A stretch of DNA of 64,000 nucleotides from Candidatus Omnitrophota bacterium (lineage in GTDB: Bacteria > Omnitrophota > Gorgyraeia > Gygaellales > Profunditerraquicolaceae): assembly GCA_041662125.1 (NCBI GenBank), contig JBAZTA010000008.1, positions 2,807-66,806 on the forward strand, written 5' to 3'. The position numbers were made by a program, and so were the translations under genes. Of the stretch, positions 44,322 to 54,874 are shown one piece after another; the stretch's first letter is position 1; every line of letters begins with the position of its first letter. Under the pieces are notes generated by a model that saw nothing but the letters and a program-made list of their open reading frames with translations, searched no databases and was not told the origin of the DNA.

Positions 44322-46672
44322 TTCCAGTTCCGGATTTCCGGCATATCCTGGCCATGCTTGTCTATGTACTGTTTGTGCTCGATGAGCTTGTCCTGTGTCA
44401 TCTGCTTAAGATAGGCGCCCTTAGAGCCCAAATGTGGCAGGCGATCGACCACGTCCTGAACCAGATGAAAGCGGTCCAGGTCATTCTGCACCCTCATGTC
44501 GAAGGCCGTCGTGATAGTGCCCTCTTCCTTGTAGCCCCGGACATGGAGGTTGCGGTTGGCGCGACGGTAGGTCAGCCGGTGGACTAACCAGGGGTATCCA
44601 TGGAACCCAAAGATGATGTGCTTATCTTTTGTGAAGAGCGAGTCGTAATCCCTGTCGCTCAGCCCGTGCGGGTGCTCCGTGCTGGGTTGCAGCCTCATGA
44701 GATCGACAACATTGATCACCCGGATTTTCAGATCGGGCAGATGCTCTCGAAGGATGGAAACAGCGGCCAGGATCTCCAGTGTAGGCGTGTCGCCGCAACA
44801 GGCCATTACCACGTCCGGCTCGGAATCCTGGTCGTTGCTGGCCCATTGCCATATACCAATGCCTTCCGTGCAATGCACAACCGCCGCGTCCATGTTCAGC
44901 CATTGGGGCAGCGCATGTTTTCCCGCGACCACCACGTTCACATAGTGCCGGCTGCGCAGGCAGTGATCGAAGACCGACAGCAGGCAATTCGCGTCGGGCG
45001 GCAAGTAAATGCGCACAATGTCGGCCTTCTTGTTGACCACATGATCGAGGAAGCCGGGATCCTGATGCGTGAAGCCGTTGTGGTCCTGCTGCCAGACGTG
45101 GGACGCGAGCAGATAGTTCAACGATGCTATGTTCCGGCGCCAGGGCAGTTCCGATGTGACCTTCAGCCACTTGGCGTGCTGATTAAACATCGAATCGACG
45201 ATGTGAATAAAGGCCTCGTAGCAATTAAATAACCCGTGCCTTCCGGTGAGCAGATAACCCTCCAGCCAACCCTCGCATTGATGCTCGCTGAGCATGGAGT
45301 CCAGCACGCGACCGGCGGGCGAAAGGAATTCATCATTCTTTACCTTCAGGGCCTCCCACTGACGATTGGTCGCTTCAAAGACCGCGCCCAGGAGATTCGA
45401 GAGCGTCTCATCGGGACCAAAGATACGGAAATTACGCTGATCCTGATTCAGTTTGGTTACGTCACGCAGGAACTTACCCAGCACGAGTGTATCTTGGCCG
45501 TCAACTGCGCCTGGGGAAGGCACATTAACTGCATGGACATGGAAGTCCGGCATTCGAAGGTCCCGCAGTAGAATGCCGCCGTTGGTGTGGGGATTAGCCC
45601 CCATCCGCCGATCGCCCCTGGGAGCCAGTTCGGCCAATTCCGAAATGAGTTGGCCATTCTCATCGAACAGTTCTTCCGGTTTGTAGCTCTTCATCCAGCT
45701 TTCAAGCTGCTTGACATGATCGGGATGCTGGGAATCCACCAATATTGGTACTTGGTGCGCTCGGAACGTGCCCTCAACTTGCAGGCCATCGACCACTTTC
45801 GGTCCGGTCCAACCCTTGGGTGACCTCAGGACGATCATTGGCCAGCGCTGCCGAGTAGTGTCGTTTTTGTTCCGCGCATTGCTTTGAATTTGCCGAATGT
45901 CCTCAATGACCGTATCCAAAATACTCGCCATGAGTTCATGCATCTCTTTCGGCTCGGAGCCTTCCACAAAGTGGGGAGTCCAACCGCAGCCTCGTAGAAA
46001 TTGATCCAATTCCTCATGCTCGATGCGGGCCAAGACGGTCGGATTGCTGATCTTGTAACCATTGAGGTGCAAAATCGGCAGCACAGCTCCGTCAGTAATT
46101 GGATTCAGGAATTTGTTGGATTGCCATGCGGTCGCCAAAGGTCCAGTTTCCGCTTCACCATCGCCGATAATGCAGGCGACGATCAGTTCGGGATTGTCAA
46201 ACGCGGCCCCGAAGGCATGGCTGAGCGAGTATCCCAGCTCGCCACCTTCGTGAATCGACCCCGGTGTTGTCGGCGCAACGTGGCTGGAAATTCCGCCGGG
46301 GAACGAAAATTGTGTGAACAGCTTTTTCAGCCCGGCTTCGTCCTGGCTGATGTTGGGATAAAGCTCGCTGTAAGAACCTTCCAAATATGTGTTCCCCACC
46401 AATGCCGGGCCGCCGTGACCGGGACCGGCGATGTAGAACATATCCAGGTCATACTTCTTGATTACCCGGTTCAGGTGGACGTAAATGAAGTTCTGACCCG
46501 GTGTCGTACCCCAGTGTCCGACCACCAGTGGCTTCACGTGAGACAGCTTCAGCGGCTCCTTCAACAGCGGGTTGTCGTAGAGATAGATCTGGCCGACGGA
46601 CAGATAATTTGCGGCGCGCCAGTAGGCGTCAATCTTGTGAAGCAGTGCAGGGGAAAGAGTTTTTTTCTTCAT
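44309..46672 (-). CDS. xfp: Phosphoketolase (xylulose-5-P/fructose-6-P phosphoketolase)
   Basis: 787 aa; a typical Xfp N-terminus (…[15 protein letters not shown]…[10 protein letters not shown]…GPGHGGPA…) and a ThDP-binding GDGE region. Confidence 0.9.
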   Translation of the reverse strand: MKKKTLSPALLHKIDAYWRAANYLSVGQIYLYDNPLLKEPLKLSHVKPLVVGHWGTTPGQNFIYVHLNRVIKKYDLDMFYIAGPGHGGPALVGNTYLEGSYSELYPNISQDEAGLKKLFTQFSFPGGISSHVAPTTPGSIHEGGELGYSLSHAFGAAFDNPELIVACIIGDGEAETGPLATAWQSNKFLNPITDGAVLPILHLNGYKISNPTVLARIEHEELDQFLRGCGWTPHFVEGSEPKEMHELMASILDTVIEDIRQIQSNARNKNDTTRQRWPMIVLRSPKGWTGPKVVDGLQVEGTFRAHQVPILVDSQHPDHVKQLESWMKSYKPEELFDENGQLISELAELAPRGDRRMGANPHTNGGILLRDLRMPDFHVHAVNVPSPGAVDGQDTLVLGKFLRDVTKLNQDQRNFRIFGPDETLSNLLGAVFEATNRQWEALKVKNDEFLSPAGRVLDSMLSEHQCEGWLEGYLLTGRHGLFNCYEAFIHIVDSMFNQHAKWLKVTSELPWRRNIASLNYLLASHVWQQDHNGFTHQDPGFLDHVVNKKADIVRIYLPPDANCLLSVFDHCLRSRHYVNVVVAGKHALPQWLNMDAAVVHCTEGIGIWQWASNDQDSEPDVVMACCGDTPTLEILAAVSILREHLPDLKIRVINVVDLMRLQPSTEHPHGLSDRDYDSLFTKDKHIIFGFHGYPWLVHRLTYRRANRNLHVRGYKEEGTITTAFDMRVQNDLDRFHLVQDVVDRLPHLGSKGAYLKQMTQDKLIEHKQYIDKHGQDMPEIRNWKWSV

Positions 46673-46675
46673 GGT

Positions 46676-47884
46676 TCAATTCTCCTTTTTTGGGCCAAGG
46701 CTGAGAACGCGGCAAACCATCTTGGCTATCATGTGTTCTTCGTCCGTGCGCATGACCCGGACGGCAACCCGGCAGGCCGCCTTGGAAATTACGTCAGCAT
46801 TCGCAAGGTTTTGTTTCTCTTCGAGTTCTATTCCAAGAAATCCCAGTCCATCGCAGATCCGGGAACGGACTATAGGGGCGTTCTCTCCGACGCCACCGGC
46901 GAACACCAGCGTGTCCACCCCGCCCAACGCCGCAGCGAATGCGCCGATCCATTTTTTTACCTGATAGCAAAACAATGCGACCGCCTCAGCCGCACGAATA
47001 TCCTGTGTTTCAAGGTCTAGCAAATCACGCATGTCGGAACTGGTCTCGGACACGCCGAGTAGCCCGGACCGGAAATTTACCATCTCATTGAATTGTTTTG
47101 CGTCGAGGCCTTCAGTGCTCGCCAGGAACCAGACCAATCCAGGATCGAGGTCTCCGGACCGGCTACTCATGGGTACACCAGCAGTTGGGGTGAAACTCAT
47201 GCTCGTGTCCACGGGTTTGCCGTGGCGCACCGCCGCCAAGCTTGATCCATTACCGAGGTGGGCGAGAATTACCCGGCCATGCGCCACTCCCGCTCCTGCC
47301 ACGCGAGCCAGTTCTCCCATGAGAAACTCATACGACAACCCGTGAAACCCATACCGCCGGACGCCCTTCGCCTCGTAGCGGCGCGGGATCGGCAACAGTT
47401 GCGCTACGCGCGGCAGATCTTTGTGAAAAGCCGTGTCGAAACAAGCCACTTGCGGAAGGTCAGGAAACCGTCGATGAAACGCTTCGGTCAACTGGATCTC
47501 TTCCGGCAGATGCTCCGGATCAAATGGCTTAAGTTGACGCAATTCCTCGACCATTTCCTCGGTGATCAACTGCGGGTCGCTGTACTTCGGCCCGCCATGC
47601 ACGACACGATGTCCCACCGCTGTCAATCCACCATGTCCGATGCGTTCCTCGATCCAATCCATTAGAGCGTCCACCGCCACTGTGTGGTCAGGGGCCACCA
47701 GTGATCGTGAAAAGTTGTCCGCCAGGTTTATGCCTTTCACCAGCAAGGTAGCTTCCGGCAGTCCAATCCGGTCTATCCCGCCCACAAGAATCCGCAGGAG
47801 CGAGGCGCCAACCTCGAACAGGGCGAACTTGATGCTTGATGAGCCACCATTGATTGTCAGGATGCGTGGGTCATCTGATTTCAT
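46676..47884 (-). CDS. ackA: Acetate kinase
   Basis: ILTINGGSSSIKF N-terminal ATP motif. The true start is the Met at 47884, preceded by GGAGGAAGG; the track ORF extends to 48052. Confidence 0.9.
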   Translation of the reverse strand: MKSDDPRILTINGGSSSIKFALFEVGASLLRILVGGIDRIGLPEATLLVKGINLADNFSRSLVAPDHTVAVDALMDWIEERIGHGGLTAVGHRVVHGGPKYSDPQLITEEMVEELRQLKPFDPEHLPEEIQLTEAFHRRFPDLPQVACFDTAFHKDLPRVAQLLPIPRRYEAKGVRRYGFHGLSYEFLMGELARVAGAGVAHGRVILAHLGNGSSLAAVRHGKPVDTSMSFTPTAGVPMSSRSGDLDPGLVWFLASTEGLDAKQFNEMVNFRSGLLGVSETSSDMRDLLDLETQDIRAAEAVALFCYQVKKWIGAFAAALGGVDTLVFAGGVGENAPIVRSRICDGLGFLGIELEEKQNLANADVISKAACRVAVRVMRTDEEHMIAKMVCRVLSLGPKKEN

Positions 47885-47984
47885 TGATGATTCCTTCCTC
47901 CAGTGAGAAGGGCGCAGCGGACATCCAGGAACAAGCAGGTGATTGCGATCACTTTCTTCATCGTCTTTTCTTCCGTGGATCGGA

Positions 47985-50531
47985 TCATCGTTGCCACAGA
48001 ATTCCTGCGTTTTCGAGTGGGATCGCAACTCCGTCGTGGCGCGGTATGACACGAGCCGTATAGTCGGTCGCCGGGCGGGTGGCGGATACTGACGCCGTGT
48101 AAACGTAGCCGCCCAACGTGGCGGCGAGTTTGTGAACGGCCTTCATCTCCTGTCGTACCGGATCTCCACCGTTCACGGAGTTGGAGTAAAGCTCCAGTCG
48201 CACAGCATCCGGATCAAGATCATCAAGATAAAGCTGAACCTCAAATACGTGCTGCATCCCCTCAGTCTCAATCTTCACTTCGCCGAAGCGCATCGAGGCC
48301 CATTGCTGTTCCAGAGCGTGCCGCCAATCGATGATCTGTCTGCCTATTGCGCCTTTATTGGCAGCCCGCTCACGGTAGTTCGCGGCGGCAGGGAGGTAGT
48401 GTTCCTCGGTGTATTCACGTACCGAACGGTTAGCGGAGAATTGGCATGTCAACCGGGCCATACTTTCCCGCATCCGCTTGACCCATGCGGTAGGAATGCC
48501 ACTTTCGTCTCGGGTATAAAACTCCGGGATAACCTCCCGCTCAAGCAGGTCGTAGAGAGCGTCGGCTTCGACAGCGTCCCAAGCCGCATCGGCGCCATGA
48601 TCCTGTCCGTCTCCCAACGCCCACCCGACTTCAGGCGTGTATGCTTCCGCCCACCAGCCGTCCAATTCCGAAAGATTGACTCCCCCATTGACTAGTACCT
48701 TCATGCCGCTGGTTCCACATGCCTCCCAAGGTCGCCGCGGCGTGTTGATCCAGACGTCCACCCCCTGCGCCAAGCGCTCCGTTAACAGCATGTCGTAGTC
48801 ACTGAGAAAGATCACATGGGGTCGAACCTCGGGCCTGCGGATAAAATTTATCCATTCATGGATCAAGGCCTGCCCCTCCCGGTCTTCTGGGTGGGCCTTG
48901 CCGGCGATGATGAGTTGCGCCGGGCGCTGAGGATTGGTTAACAAACGAAGCAGTCGTTCTGGGTCGTGCAGCAGCAGGTTCGGCCTCTTGTAGGTCGCGA
49001 AGCGGCGCGCAAAACCGAGTATCAATACGTTGGGGTCAAACAGATGTTTCGCTCCCTCGACTATTTGGGGCGACGCTCCGGAGGCGGCCAGTTGATTTGA
49101 CAATCGCTCTCGAGTGTATTCAACAAGGGATTTTCCGGCGGCGGTCCGGAATTGCCAGAGCGTGGCGTTGGAAATGCGGCTAATATCCTGCTCCAGGCTT
49201 TCCGTCGGCCCGAGCCATCGGTCTTTTCCGCACGCTTCCGTCCAGAGACAGTCCGACTCCGCAGAGTCCCAGCTCGGCATGTGAACTCCGTTGGTGACGT
49301 GCCCGACGGGGACCTCCTCCATTGGCCAGCGCGGAAAGAGAGGCTCAAATAGATCCCGGCTGACCATGCCGTGCAACCGACTCACGCCATTCACCGCTCC
49401 GCTCCCCCGAATTGCCAGATAGGCCATGTTGAAACTCTCCGATGTGTCATCAGGCTTCTGGCGGCCTAGAGCCAGCAAGTCGTGAAGAGTTATGCCGAGC
49501 TTCTGCTGCGCATAACCACCGAGGTATTGTTCGATGAGAGCCGGGTCGAAACGGTCAAAGCCGGCGGCCACTGCCGTGTGGGTAGTGAAAAGGTTTCCCG
49601 CTCGAGTGACGGCCAGAGCGACTTCGAAGGGCTGAGCGGTCTCTTTCATGAAACTGCGGGCGCGTTCCAGCACGGCAAAGGCCGCATGGCCTTCATTCAG
49701 ATGACAGACTTCCGGCTTGACGCCAAGCGCAGCAAGGAGCCGCCATCCGCCGATCCCGAGGAGAAGTTCTTGCTTGAGACGCAGTTCCGGTCCGCCGCCA
49801 TAGAGTTCGCTGGTAATTCCTCGATGGGCGGGGAAATTCGCGGCGTCATTGCTGTCGAGCAGGTAAAGTTTTACTCTGCCGACCTGGACCTGCCAGGCGC
49901 GCAGCCAGACCGAGTAACCAGGTAAGGCTATCTCCAACCGCAGCCACTCGCCGTTTGGCTGGCGCAAAGGCGTAATCGGCAACTGTCCGGGGTCGTTATA
50001 CGGGAAGAGCGCCTGTTGCGCTCCGTCCTTATCAATCACCTGGCGAAAATAGCCTTGCTGGTACAGCAGGCCCACCCCGACCACTGGCACATTCAGATCA
50101 CTGCAGGCTTTGAGCTGATCGCCGGCTACATTGCCAAGCCCGCCCGAGTAGATAGGTAAGGCTTCGCTCAACATAAATTCCATGCTGAAATAAGCGGCGC
50201 AGGTCAGAGGACCCTGCGAATGGTTCCGTTGAAACCACGCTGGCGACGCTACCGCTTGCCGCATGGTCTTCACCAGGCCATCAACGTTCTTACGAAAAAC
50301 TGGGTCGGCCATCAGTCGTTCGATCTGGTCGCGCGAGACCGTCTGCAGGACAACCCAAGGATTATGCGTGATTTCCCACAATTTGGGATCGAGCTGCCGC
50401 CACACTTCGTCGGTGGCGTGATTCCACGACCAACGCATGTCCAACGCCAGTTCCGCCAGGGACTCGAATCCCTCTATTTCCGTGGGAAGAAGGTTGTATA
50501 TTGGGTGAGTGACGCGTGTTTGTGTGCTCAT
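47985..50531 (-). CDS. glgP: Alpha-glucan phosphorylase (GlgP family, GT35)
   Basis: About 850 aa; an N-terminal DUF3417-like region and a GT35 phosphorylase core. The likely start is the MSTQTRV Met at 50531. Confidence 0.8.
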   Translation of the reverse strand: MSTQTRVTHPIYNLLPTEIEGFESLAELALDMRWSWNHATDEVWRQLDPKLWEITHNPWVVLQTVSRDQIERLMADPVFRKNVDGLVKTMRQAVASPAWFQRNHSQGPLTCAAYFSMEFMLSEALPIYSGGLGNVAGDQLKACSDLNVPVVGVGLLYQQGYFRQVIDKDGAQQALFPYNDPGQLPITPLRQPNGEWLRLEIALPGYSVWLRAWQVQVGRVKLYLLDSNDAANFPAHRGITSELYGGGPELRLKQELLLGIGGWRLLAALGVKPEVCHLNEGHAAFAVLERARSFMKETAQPFEVALAVTRAGNLFTTHTAVAAGFDRFDPALIEQYLGGYAQQKLGITLHDLLALGRQKPDDTSESFNMAYLAIRGSGAVNGVSRLHGMVSRDLFEPLFPRWPMEEVPVGHVTNGVHMPSWDSAESDCLWTEACGKDRWLGPTESLEQDISRISNATLWQFRTAAGKSLVEYTRERLSNQLAASGASPQIVEGAKHLFDPNVLILGFARRFATYKRPNLLLHDPERLLRLLTNPQRPAQLIIAGKAHPEDREGQALIHEWINFIRRPEVRPHVIFLSDYDMLLTERLAQGVDVWINTPRRPWEACGTSGMKVLVNGGVNLSELDGWWAEAYTPEVGWALGDGQDHGADAAWDAVEADALYDLLEREVIPEFYTRDESGIPTAWVKRMRESMARLTCQFSANRSVREYTEEHYLPAAANYRERAANKGAIGRQIIDWRHALEQQWASMRFGEVKIETEGMQHVFEVQLYLDDLDPDAVRLELYSNSVNGGDPVRQEMKAVHKLAATLGGYVYTASVSATRPATDYTARVIPRHDGVAIPLENAGILWQR

Positions 50532-50670
50532 GGTTGCTTCCCCAAGTGTGTTCCGGACCGAAAATTCGTACACATCCGTTAGTGTCGCCTCATGACGCCC
50601 CCAATCCTTGTCATGGCTTGCTGTCTGCTGATGAAGGACCGACGACGCGCGCCATTGGCCTCGCTCCGCC

Positions 50671-52322
50671 CTAAACCGACGACGCCAGAGCGTCACTGAC
50701 TATCGTCTGGGCTTCCTCCAGGATGCGACGCATATGATCCGGTCCCAGGAAGCTCTCCGCATAAATCTTGTAGATATTCTCGGTCCCTGATGGCCGCGCC
50801 GCAAACCATCCGTTCCCAGCCACCACTTTCAATCCGCCGATGGGAGCGCCGTTGCCCGGCGCGTGCGTGAGGATGGCCTGGACTTTTTCGCCCGCCAGCT
50901 CGGTGAGCTTAACTTGCTGGGGTGATAGCTTCGCCAACCGTTCCTTTTGGTCCGGAGTGGCTGACGCCTCAACACGTTCGTAGGCAGGTTCACCGAACTC
51001 GAGCGTGAGTTCGTGGTAAATTTCGCCGGGATCGCGTCCCGTTCGGGCCGTGATCTCCGCCGCCAGCAAAGCCGGGACAATTCCATCTTTGTCCGTCGTC
51101 CAGACCGCGCCATTTAGACGAGCAAAGGACGCCCCTGCGCTCTCTTCGCCACCGAATCCGAGCGACCCTTCGAGAAGGCCAGCAACGAACCACTTGAATC
51201 CAACCGGCGTCTCGTAGAGCTTCCGGCCAAGTTTCTCCGTGACGCGATCAATCATCTGACTGCTCACCACTGTCTTGCCTACAGCCGCTTCCTTGCGCCA
51301 CTTCGGCCGGTGTTGAAAGAGGTAGGAGATGGCGACGGAAAGGTAGTGATTGGGAGCAAGCAACCCGCCGCTCCTTGTAACAATCCCGTGGCGATCGTGG
51401 TCGGTGTCGCAGGCGAAAGCGATGTCAAAGCGATCCTTAAAAGGCCGATTAACTTCTGCATCGCATAGGGTGAGGATGGGTCCATACGGATCTGGCCGTC
51501 CCAATCCACAGTCATAAAACGGAAAGTCGGGTCTACGGCCCCGTTAACGATGGTGAGGTTCAACCCATAGCGTTCTGCAATCGGCCCCCAGTAGCGCACC
51601 CCGGCGCCGCCAAGAGGATCCACTCCCAGGCTGATCTTCGCGTCGCGAATGGTGTCCATGTCGATCACATTGCCGAGGTCGCTAACGTAGGCATTGAGGT
51701 AATCGTACCGACGCGTCGTAGGAGAACGAAGGGCTTTCTCGAAAGAAATCCTCTTCAAACCCAGAAGGCCGTTCTCGAGAAACTCGTTCGCCTTCGCTTC
51801 GATCCATGCGGTCACTGCGGATTCCGCGGGCCCGCCGTTTGGTGGATTGTATTTGAAGCCACCATCACGTGGAGGATTATGCGAGGGAGTGATCACAATG
51901 CCGTCGGCGAGCCCTGTCTTGCGCCCGCGGTTGTAAGTGAGAATCGCGTGGGAGATTACGGGCGTCGGAGTATATTCTTCCTTTTCCGCGAGCATGACTT
52001 CCACGCCATTTCCCGCCAGCGCTTCCAGGGCGCTGGCAAAAGCGGGCACTGAAAGGGCATGCGTGTCCATGCCGAGGAACAGAGGACCATCGATCTTCTG
52101 TCGCTCACGATACAGGCAAATAGCCTGAGTAATGGCAAGGATATGCCACTCGTTAAAGGACTTATCGAACGCCGAACCGCGATGCCCTGAGGTGCCGAAC
52201 TTAACCCGTTGTTCCGGCGCCGAAGGGTCAGGCGTCTCGACATAATAGGCTGTGATCAGTCTAGGCACGTCAACCAGCATTGATGTTTCGGCTGGCTTTC
52301 CCGCAAGGGGGGACACTTTCAT
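50671..52322 (-). pseudogene. pgm: Phosphoglucomutase (alpha-D-glucose phosphate-specific) disrupted by a -1 frameshift in an A4/T4 homopolymer
   Basis: The N-terminal half (51279..52322: …GTSGHRG…TPSHNPP…[21 protein letters not shown]) and the C-terminal half (50671..51504: …[21 protein letters not shown]…) are in different frames. They rejoin perfectly if one A is added to the AAAA run at 51439..51442. Confidence 0.75.
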
Positions 52323-52372
52323 GGCGCTCCTCTCAAAATTCCGTGACGGCGTCTTGAAAGACGTTGAGCTTT

Positions 52373-53119
52373 TCAGTGATGATCTATAGGCCGCCCCTTG
52401 TCGTCGTAGAGATATGCCTCATAATCCCCGCTATCGGCTTTCGAGGGGTCGAACTCGGGGCTATTTTTTATGGATTCCCGAGTGAGGTCAAAATACACAC
52501 TGGATTCGTCCCATTCCACACGCCTGATCCATCGGGGCGATAGAAGAACTCTCTTCCCCGGCAGCCAGTTGCGGGTATCGACAACCAGAAAACGAATCAC
52601 CCAAATTTCATCGTCGACAATAAAATCTTCCACATGACCGATTTCGCCGTCGATGGCATGAATATGGTAGCCGGTAACCTCGCGTGAGCTGTGCAAATGC
52701 GGATCATCCCGCCGCCCCGAAACAGAAGCTTCCTGTTCCACAAACACTTCATCAACAGGAAGGGGTAACGGGGTTGTTCCGAAAGCGCCTCCGTAACCGC
52801 CTCGCCAAGGCCACTGATAATACTCATGTAGCTCGGCTTCATGCTGACGATAAATGGGCCTCTGCGTATCGATATCGGGGCTGCCGTTCACCTGCGTACG
52901 GGTAAGGTTTACCGAAATCGTGCGTGACTCCAGTTCTAGTTTACCGAAAGCCGCAGGGGAAATGAGCACCTTTCGGCCGGATAACCAATTGCCTGTTTCG
53001 ACGACAATATAGCGGATAGTCCAGGTTTCATCATCGAAGTAGAACTCGTCCACTGTTCCCAGGTCACCGTCGGTGGCCCTGATCGCGTAACCAATCATAC
53101 TACTAATATTTTGTTGCAT
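52373..53119 (-). CDS. Tandem PRC-barrel domain protein
   Basis: 248 aa; two repeats of the PRC-barrel pattern (…G.V.DF..DDE.W.IRY.VV.T.NWL.G..VL.SP…). Confidence 0.65.
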   Translation of the reverse strand: MQQNISSMIGYAIRATDGDLGTVDEFYFDDETWTIRYIVVETGNWLSGRKVLISPAAFGKLELESRTISVNLTRTQVNGSPDIDTQRPIYRQHEAELHEYYQWPWRGGYGGAFGTTPLPLPVDEVFVEQEASVSGRRDDPHLHSSREVTGYHIHAIDGEIGHVEDFIVDDEIWVIRFLVVDTRNWLPGKRVLLSPRWIRRVEWDESSVYFDLTRESIKNSPEFDPSKADSGDYEAYLYDDKGRPIDHH

Positions 53120-53212
53120 AGCGCCTCCTATGAGTCTCTTTGATACGGGGGGTAATGGAATATTAAAGGGGAAACGGCATACTGCTTTCTCTCTTTTTGC
53201 TTTCGCAGTAGC

Positions 53213-53851
53213 TTATGTGGCTGCTCGGCTACGCAGGGACTTCCTCAAATAGGACCGTTCTCCCATCATGTGCAATAAAGGACCATGCGCAGCAATTTCA
53301 ATGATGCTGATAGATGCCACTGGCATGCTGATGCGATCGCGAAAACGCCCCACATCAATGCCTAACAGTGAGCACAGCATTATTTGGATCGTGGCCTTGT
53401 GAGAAGCGACGAGCACATTGCCTGAAGCGTAGGTGTTCTCAATTTCTTCAAGCGCAAGTGAACTGCGCCGAGCAATATCGATGCCTTTTTCTCCTCCAGT
53501 GGGAGCATTCCACCCTGGATCAGTTAACCATCGAACGTAGTCATCATGAAACTCTAGGTTAACATCTTCAGGAGTCTTACCCTCCCATTGGCCAAAAGCG
53601 ATTTCTTTCAACCCTCTTTGGAGTCGCATTTGTATTCCGACGGCCTCGCAAAGAGGTTTTGCCGTGGCCACTGCACGGCGTAGAGGACTGGAAAAGACAG
53701 CGGCCCATGGAAGGGATTTATATGCGTCGGCAAAATCCTCCGCCATCTGATAACCTGCCGGGGTCAAGTCCGGGTCCAGAGTCCCGGAGTAGACGCCTTT
53801 TTGACTGGCGGCGGTTTCCCCATGTCGCAGAAAATAAATCATTAAATTCAT
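53213..53851 (-). CDS. Histidine phosphatase family protein (phosphoglycerate mutase-like)
   Basis: N-terminal LRHGET catalytic motif; 212 aa. Confidence 0.8.
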   Translation of the reverse strand: MNLMIYFLRHGETAASQKGVYSGTLDPDLTPAGYQMAEDFADAYKSLPWAAVFSSPLRRAVATAKPLCEAVGIQMRLQRGLKEIAFGQWEGKTPEDVNLEFHDDYVRWLTDPGWNAPTGGEKGIDIARRSSLALEEIENTYASGNVLVASHKATIQIMLCSLLGIDVGRFRDRISMPVASISIIEIAAHGPLLHMMGERSYLRKSLRSRAAT

Positions 53852-53875
53852 AAGTCAGTCCTTGTTACGATAACC

Positions 53876-53995
53876 GGTGTGAGTTACGAACCGTCTACAA
53901 CAGAAGCAGGAGGACGGAACGTGCCCGAAAAATGGGCCATGAAATGCTCGATGTCGGTTATGTCAAAGGCTTAAGAACTCACATAATGTCTAGGT
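53876..53995. repeat. Repeated intergenic element, partial copy B
   Basis: ggtgtgagttacgaaccgtctacaa…gtgcccgaaaaatgggccatgaaatgctcgatgtcggttatgtcaaaggcttaagaa aligns with the 5' half of copies A and C. It lies about 25 nt 5' of the histidine phosphatase start. Confidence 0.65.
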
Positions 53996-54086
53996 TTCGT
54001 CCATTAGTATCAAGCTTCATCTGATCTTCGTTCTCAGTTCCGATTGGCCTTGCCCACAAAATCCGTGTTGTCGTTAAGGCTCCAGC

Positions 54087-54332
54087 CTAATTGTCGCCAA
54101 ACAGTTGTTGGACTGCGCTTAGTATGCCGTAGGCCGCAAGTAGGTCAATTCTTCCGGATTGTCTGACAAAATCCCTAAATTTGTCTGTATAATAATGATT
54201 GTTACCAAGCAAGTTGGTCAGACAATCAAACGCTTGCAGCCTCCAGCGTCTGAACATGGTTGGATCAAAATCAGTTTTAAGAGCGAGTGCGCCTGATTCC
54301 ATCAAATCGTCGATTCGCTTTTCTGAACGCAT
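54087..54332 (-). CDS. Small hypothetical protein, paralog of 33614..33832
   Basis: 81 aa; homologous to the 33614..33832 ORF at both protein and DNA level. Confidence 0.45.
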   Translation of the reverse strand: MRSEKRIDDLMESGALALKTDFDPTMFRRWRLQAFDCLTNLLGNNHYYTDKFRDFVRQSGRIDLLAAYGILSAVQQLFGDN

Positions 54333-54496
54333 CCCTAACCCCTTTTATTAAGAAAATTGAGGGAAGTGACCTTAAGGAGGTAAGCGCCACTCCCCCGTTC
54401 GTTCCCCCTCACACAAAACCTATGGAGAGGCCACGGCTAACATATGAGACCTGAACTGCCAAAAAGACATTTTCGTTTTTTAGACAAAACAATTTT

Positions 54497-54778
54497 GTTA
54501 ACCCTTACGATGCAATAAGCACTTTCTGTGCCAAGCGTATCCGATGGAGAATTCTGCACAGAACAACTAGGTTAATTAGATAGTTAGGTATAGTGACTAA
54601 GCATGGTGTGAGTTACGAAGGTGTGAAAGAAGAAGGGAAACCAGAGATATGTGCCCGACAAACGGGCCAAACAATTCCTGATGTGTGTTTTATCAAGTGT
54701 TTATGAATTCCGACGGTGTCTTAATATCGGTCAACAGGATTGGCCTGCGGTGCGATTTTCGCTCGTAATTTCGACTCG
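54497..54778. repeat. Repeated intergenic element, copy C (conserved core 54605..54778)
   Basis: ggtgtgagttacgaag…gtgcccgacaaacgggccaaacaattcctgatgtgtgttttatcaagtg…ggtgtcttaat…ggcctgcggtgcgattttcgctcgtaatttcg. The similarity to copy A extends upstream (gttaacccttacgatgcaataagc versus gtataacccttgccgtaaatagagc). Confidence 0.75.
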
Positions 54779-54874
54779 TTTTACTCACAAAATCCGTTTT
54801 TTTGTCATCCAATAGATTAACGGAAGAAAAGGCGCGACGGATTAAGGGAGCTACGTCCGGAATCATATGCTGGT

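Noticed and set aside
46001-47020. 339 aa plus-strand ORF spanning the xfp/ackA junction, and similar long antisense ORFs (36222..36905, 44622..45170, 48132..48695, 21100..21486)
   Set aside because: These are antisense shadow ORFs inside well-supported GC-rich genes. They have no motifs and Arg/Gly/Pro-rich composition typical of reverse-frame GC-rich DNA.
47885-48052. Extended N-termini of ackA (to 48052) and glgP (to 50696) in the ORF track
   Set aside because: Conserved N-terminal motifs (ILTINGGSSSIKF; MSTQTRVTHPIYNLL) and RBS sequences begin at internal Mets. The upstream extensions overlap neighbouring genes.
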